The translations under genes and the position numbers were made by a program. A DNA stretch of 60,479 nucleotides from an uncultured Candidatus Melainabacteria bacterium (lineage in GTDB: Bacteria > Cyanobacteriota > Vampirovibrionia > LMEP-6097): contig CALBDR010000358.1 of NCBI GenBank assembly GCA_937927525.1, positions 1 to 60,479 of the forward strand, read 5' to 3'. Below the pieces are notes generated by a model. That model ran no database searches, was not told the DNA's origin, and was given only the letters and a program-made list of their open reading frames with translations. This document shows, piece by piece, positions 58,059-60,479 of the stretch; the stretch's first letter is position 1, and each line of letters starts with the position of its first letter.

Positions 58059-58242
58059 CTAATTTTATATTACCCAAATAACATTTTAACAGTAACTTCG
58101 CTTTAGAGGGATGGAGGATTGAGGTCTTTTATGATGTTTTTTTGTTTTGGATTAAGTTTTATAGAAAATTTCTTTGCATTATTTTCAAATAATTGAAAAT
58201 TGTCATGTTCTCAGATAATAATAGTTTGGGTATGATAAAGAT

Positions 58243-59061
58243 ATGGTTAAATTACTAGATGGAAAAACTGCTGTAGTTACTGGTGCTGGAAGAGGCATAG
58301 GTAAAGCGACAGCCTTATTATACGCTGATCATGGAGCAAACTTAGTATTAGTAGATATTGATCCAGCTCCCTTAGAAGAGGCTGTAAAAGAAGTAGAAGC
58401 TAAAGGCGTGAAAGCCATAGCCATAGCAGCAAACATTACTAAGACAGATGAGTGTGCAAATGTTTTCACTAAAGCTCTAGAACTATCTCCAGATGGAGTA
58501 GATATCCTAGCAAATATCGCAGGGATCACTAGAGATGCAGTTATCCACAAGATGACAGAAGACGAGTGGAATTTCGTTATCGATGTAAACCTAAAAGGTA
58601 CCTATAACATGGTTCAAGCAAGCGTTCCAGCAATGCGCGACAAAGCTAAAGCTGAAGGTGTTGCCAAACCTAGATCTATTATTAATATCTCTTCTACATC
58701 TGGAGTAAAAGGTAACTCTGGTCAAATCAACTACGCTGCTGCTAAAGCAGGTATCAATGGTATTACTAGAACCACTGCTAAAGAGTGGGCTAGATTCAAT
58801 ATCAGATCTAATTCCATAGCTCCAGGGTTCATTGAAACTCGCTTAACTAGTGCACCTTCAGATGATCCTAAGTTAGGTATTCCAGAGCAACAAATGCAAA
58901 TGATTCAAATGCTTTACTCACAGACAGGCTTACAGAGAAAAGAAGGTATGGGCAAGCCTGAAGACATCGCTAATATAGCTCTTTTCTTCGCATCTGATCT
59001 TTCAAGTTATGTTTCTGGACAAGTCCTAACAGCAGCTGGTGCGATGATAGATACTTACTAA
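58243..59061 (+). CDS. SDR-family oxidoreductase (3-oxoacyl-ACP reductase-like)
   Basis: TGAGRGIGKA, NISS and YAAAKAG (YxxxK). There is an insertion relative to a typical FabG. Confidence 0.8.
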   Translation: MVKLLDGKTAVVTGAGRGIGKATALLYADHGANLVLVDIDPAPLEEAVKEVEAKGVKAIAIAANITKTDECANVFTKALELSPDGVDILANIAGITRDAVIHKMTEDEWNFVIDVNLKGTYNMVQASVPAMRDKAKAEGVAKPRSIINISSTSGVKGNSGQINYAAAKAGINGITRTTAKEWARFNIRSNSIAPGFIETRLTSAPSDDPKLGIPEQQMQMIQMLYSQTGLQRKEGMGKPEDIANIALFFASDLSSYVSGQVLTAAGAMIDTY

Positions 59062-59065
59062 AAAA

Positions 59066-59092
59066 AAGGAGGCTTAAAGCCTCCTTTTCCTT
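59066..59092. terminator. Bidirectional rho-independent terminator
   Basis: GGAGGC-ttaaa-GCCTCC, flanked by an A-run on the 5' side and TTTTCCTT on the 3' side. It can serve the SDR gene (+) and the small ORF at 59137..59262 (-). Confidence 0.75.
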
Positions 59093-59136
59093 GAATTCAC
59101 TTATTAATTTATTACTTCTTTGTAATAATCAAATAA

Positions 59137-59262
59137 TTAATTATTCGATCCTTCTTCCTCCCTCGGTTTAATAGACTGACTCACTTTTTCTTTTTTTGTT
59201 TTGTCAGCACTAGTTTTATTCTCAGCTAACCGCTTTTTTTCTTTCCAAGTCGACATCCTCAT
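59137..59262 (-). CDS. Small charged protein (41 aa), unannotated in the ORF track
   Basis: Hand translation gives MRMSTWKEKKRLAENKTSADKTKKEKVSQSIKPREEEGSNN, preceded by GAAGGAGAAATCA-ATG. Confidence 0.5.
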   Translation of the reverse strand: MRMSTWKEKKRLAENKTSADKTKKEKVSQSIKPREEEGSNN

Positions 59263-59410
59263 TGATTTCTCCTTCTAGAAACATCTTTTTTTCATAGTAT
59301 AATAGGCTAACAAAATTCACACCAAAAGTAAAGGAATTATATAAAATTCAGCTTTTATGCCTATATGAAATTTTGTTCCAGAATTAATGGAAGATTATCT
59401 CCCCTTAAAA

Positions 59411-59445
59411 AACGAAGCAGCTCCATCATTGGAGCTGCTCTTTAG
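59411..59445 (-). terminator. Rho-independent terminator after the small ORF 59494..59631
   Basis: GCAGCTCCA-tcat-TGGAGCTGC (59417-59438). On the minus strand it is followed by CGTTTTTT. Confidence 0.65.
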
Positions 59446-59493
59446 TTTTTATCGTGGAAAGTCCACTCTATTACTTATTTGTAATTTTAAATA

Positions 59494-59631
59494 TTATGAA
59501 AGTGATTTTGCAAGTGCCCTATTATTTATAGGGGCTTTAGGTGATTCACCACTAGGGTTTTGCGTAATTTGCTGTTTCCGCATAGCAACTTGAGCCTTCA
59601 TTGTCGCAGGATTCCCTTGTATTGGACCCAT
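59494..59631 (-). CDS. Small protein (45 aa), unannotated in the ORF track
   Basis: Hand translation gives MGPIQGNPATMKAQVAMRKQQITQNPSGESPKAPINNRALAKSLS, preceded by AAAGGAGAACGAAAAT-ATG and followed by its own terminator. It is antisense to the track ORF 59387..59593. Confidence 0.55.
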   Translation of the reverse strand: MGPIQGNPATMKAQVAMRKQQITQNPSGESPKAPINNRALAKSLS

Positions 59632-59832
59632 ATTTTCGTTCTCCTTTTTCCTTACACATAAGAAACTTGATTACTTTAAGTCTCTTATTTGAAATCTTAA
59701 CAAAACCTTAACTGAAAGTAAAGAATTTGTTTATTTTTTCTTCATATTCATTTCGAAAGTAAAACTATTAAAATAATCAAATATACAGATCGTAATCTAC
59801 TAATAGAAGCATACTCAATTCAATTTATAGCA

Positions 59833-60444
59833 CTATGCTGCAGCAGGAGCAGTATTAGCTTTATCTGTATTCCCCATCAATAAAGCTAATACAGGAGCTA
59901 AAGCCTCTGGGTTTTCTTTAATCGAATTTATTATATTTTTCATTTCTGGGGATTTTAAAGCATCTACACCACTAAGCTCACCACCAGAGAAAGGATTTGT
60001 TAATAAACTTAACAAATTATTTTTTGGTGAAGGTTCTGCTTTATTAGCTTCAGCTTGAACAGGCTCAGCCTTAACATTAATAGCAGCAGGCTCAATCTGA
60101 GCTTGGCTTGCTTTAGCTTCATTATTTTGCTGGGCTAAAGCAGCCGCAACAATAGCTGGCACTTTATTTTCTAAAGTAGTCATTATTTCTAAAACTAGTT
60201 TGTTTTTTAAAGCAGCTTGATCAGGATTCAATGAGTTTTTTGCTGCTTCGATTGCTGGATCTTTAACAGCCATTTCTTCACCTCTTGCTCTATCTTGTGG
60301 TTTAATTGCAGAAATATCTTCTGGATTTTTAGAAGAAACTCCTTCTTTTTTAGTTGATAAAACCGCAGTAGAAGTATTAGAAGCAGGATTCGAAGGTCCT
60401 GCCTTAGGACCACCTAAAAACTGACTTAATAAGTTCATTAACAT
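59833..60444 (-). CDS. Ala/Pro/Asn-rich hypothetical protein
   Basis: The frame is open from a TTG at 60459. The ATG at 60444 follows TGAGG with a 9-nt spacing. No family motif. Confidence 0.55.
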   Translation of the reverse strand: MLMNLLSQFLGGPKAGPSNPASNTSTAVLSTKKEGVSSKNPEDISAIKPQDRARGEEMAVKDPAIEAAKNSLNPDQAALKNKLVLEIMTTLENKVPAIVAAALAQQNNEAKASQAQIEPAAINVKAEPVQAEANKAEPSPKNNLLSLLTNPFSGGELSGVDALKSPEMKNIINSIKENPEALAPVLALLMGNTDKANTAPAAA

Positions 60445-60479
60445 TCTAATTAACCTCAAGGTTTATAATAGCACATACC

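Noticed and set aside
58541-58549. Perfect DnaA box TTATCCACA
   Set aside because: It is a single occurrence inside the SDR coding region, 43 kb from dnaA. One such 9-mer by chance in 60 kb on two strands is not surprising.
59387-59593. Track ORF of 68 aa on the + strand
   Set aside because: It has no SD, spans a terminator hairpin and has an odd hydrophobic translation. A better-supported small ORF lies on the opposite strand.
1-60479. CRISPR arrays, rRNA/tRNA genes, prophage, transposase or integrase genes, toxin-antitoxin or known defence modules
   Set aside because: Reading both strands, I found no direct-repeat/spacer arrays, no GC-rich structured-RNA-sized islands other than the hairpin elements, and no ORFs with recombinase, transposase, nuclease-helicase or phage structural motifs.

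Overview
Visibly AT-rich, densely coding 60.5-kb bacterial chromosomal window read with the standard code. It holds about 60 protein genes, many with clear AGGAG-type ribosome-binding sites. Functions were called by recognising family motifs in the translations, since no searches were possible. Most of the content is core housekeeping: dnaA, trpS, kdsA, rnhA, hemE, dus, obg, tyrA, mnmE, clpP-clpX, ribF, hisA, sdhA and trpF. Flagellar genes are scattered over three loci (flgH; flgF-flgG; a FliM/FliN-type switch protein). There is also a type IV minor-pilin pair, signalling proteins (a histidine kinase and a GAF-GGDEF cyclase), a phosphate-scavenging neighbourhood (PhoX and a PstS-like binding protein) and many lineage-specific hypothetical proteins. 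KdsA plus an L-ring protein indicate a diderm, flagellated organism; I cannot assign the lineage from sequence alone. I found no rRNA, tRNA, CRISPR array, transposase, integrase or phage genes, and no recognisable defence island. The most unusual signal is non-coding. A GC-rich hairpin element occurs twice (1861-1945 and 29962-30112). The two copies share an identical 37-nt core, but each has a different, perfectly self-complementary stem. Copy B's outer stem is built from the last codons of the upstream gene. Other leads:
- a perfect 20-bp inverted repeat in the clpP divergent promoter region
- a decarboxylase + degenerate TrpF + TrpF operon
- tandem small paralogs, one behind a sigma-28-like promoter
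- a secreted His/Asp-rich peptide
- MurT without GatD
- a tandem repeat in the switch protein that differs only at synonymous sites
- two unannotated small ORFs with consensus SD sites and their own terminators.
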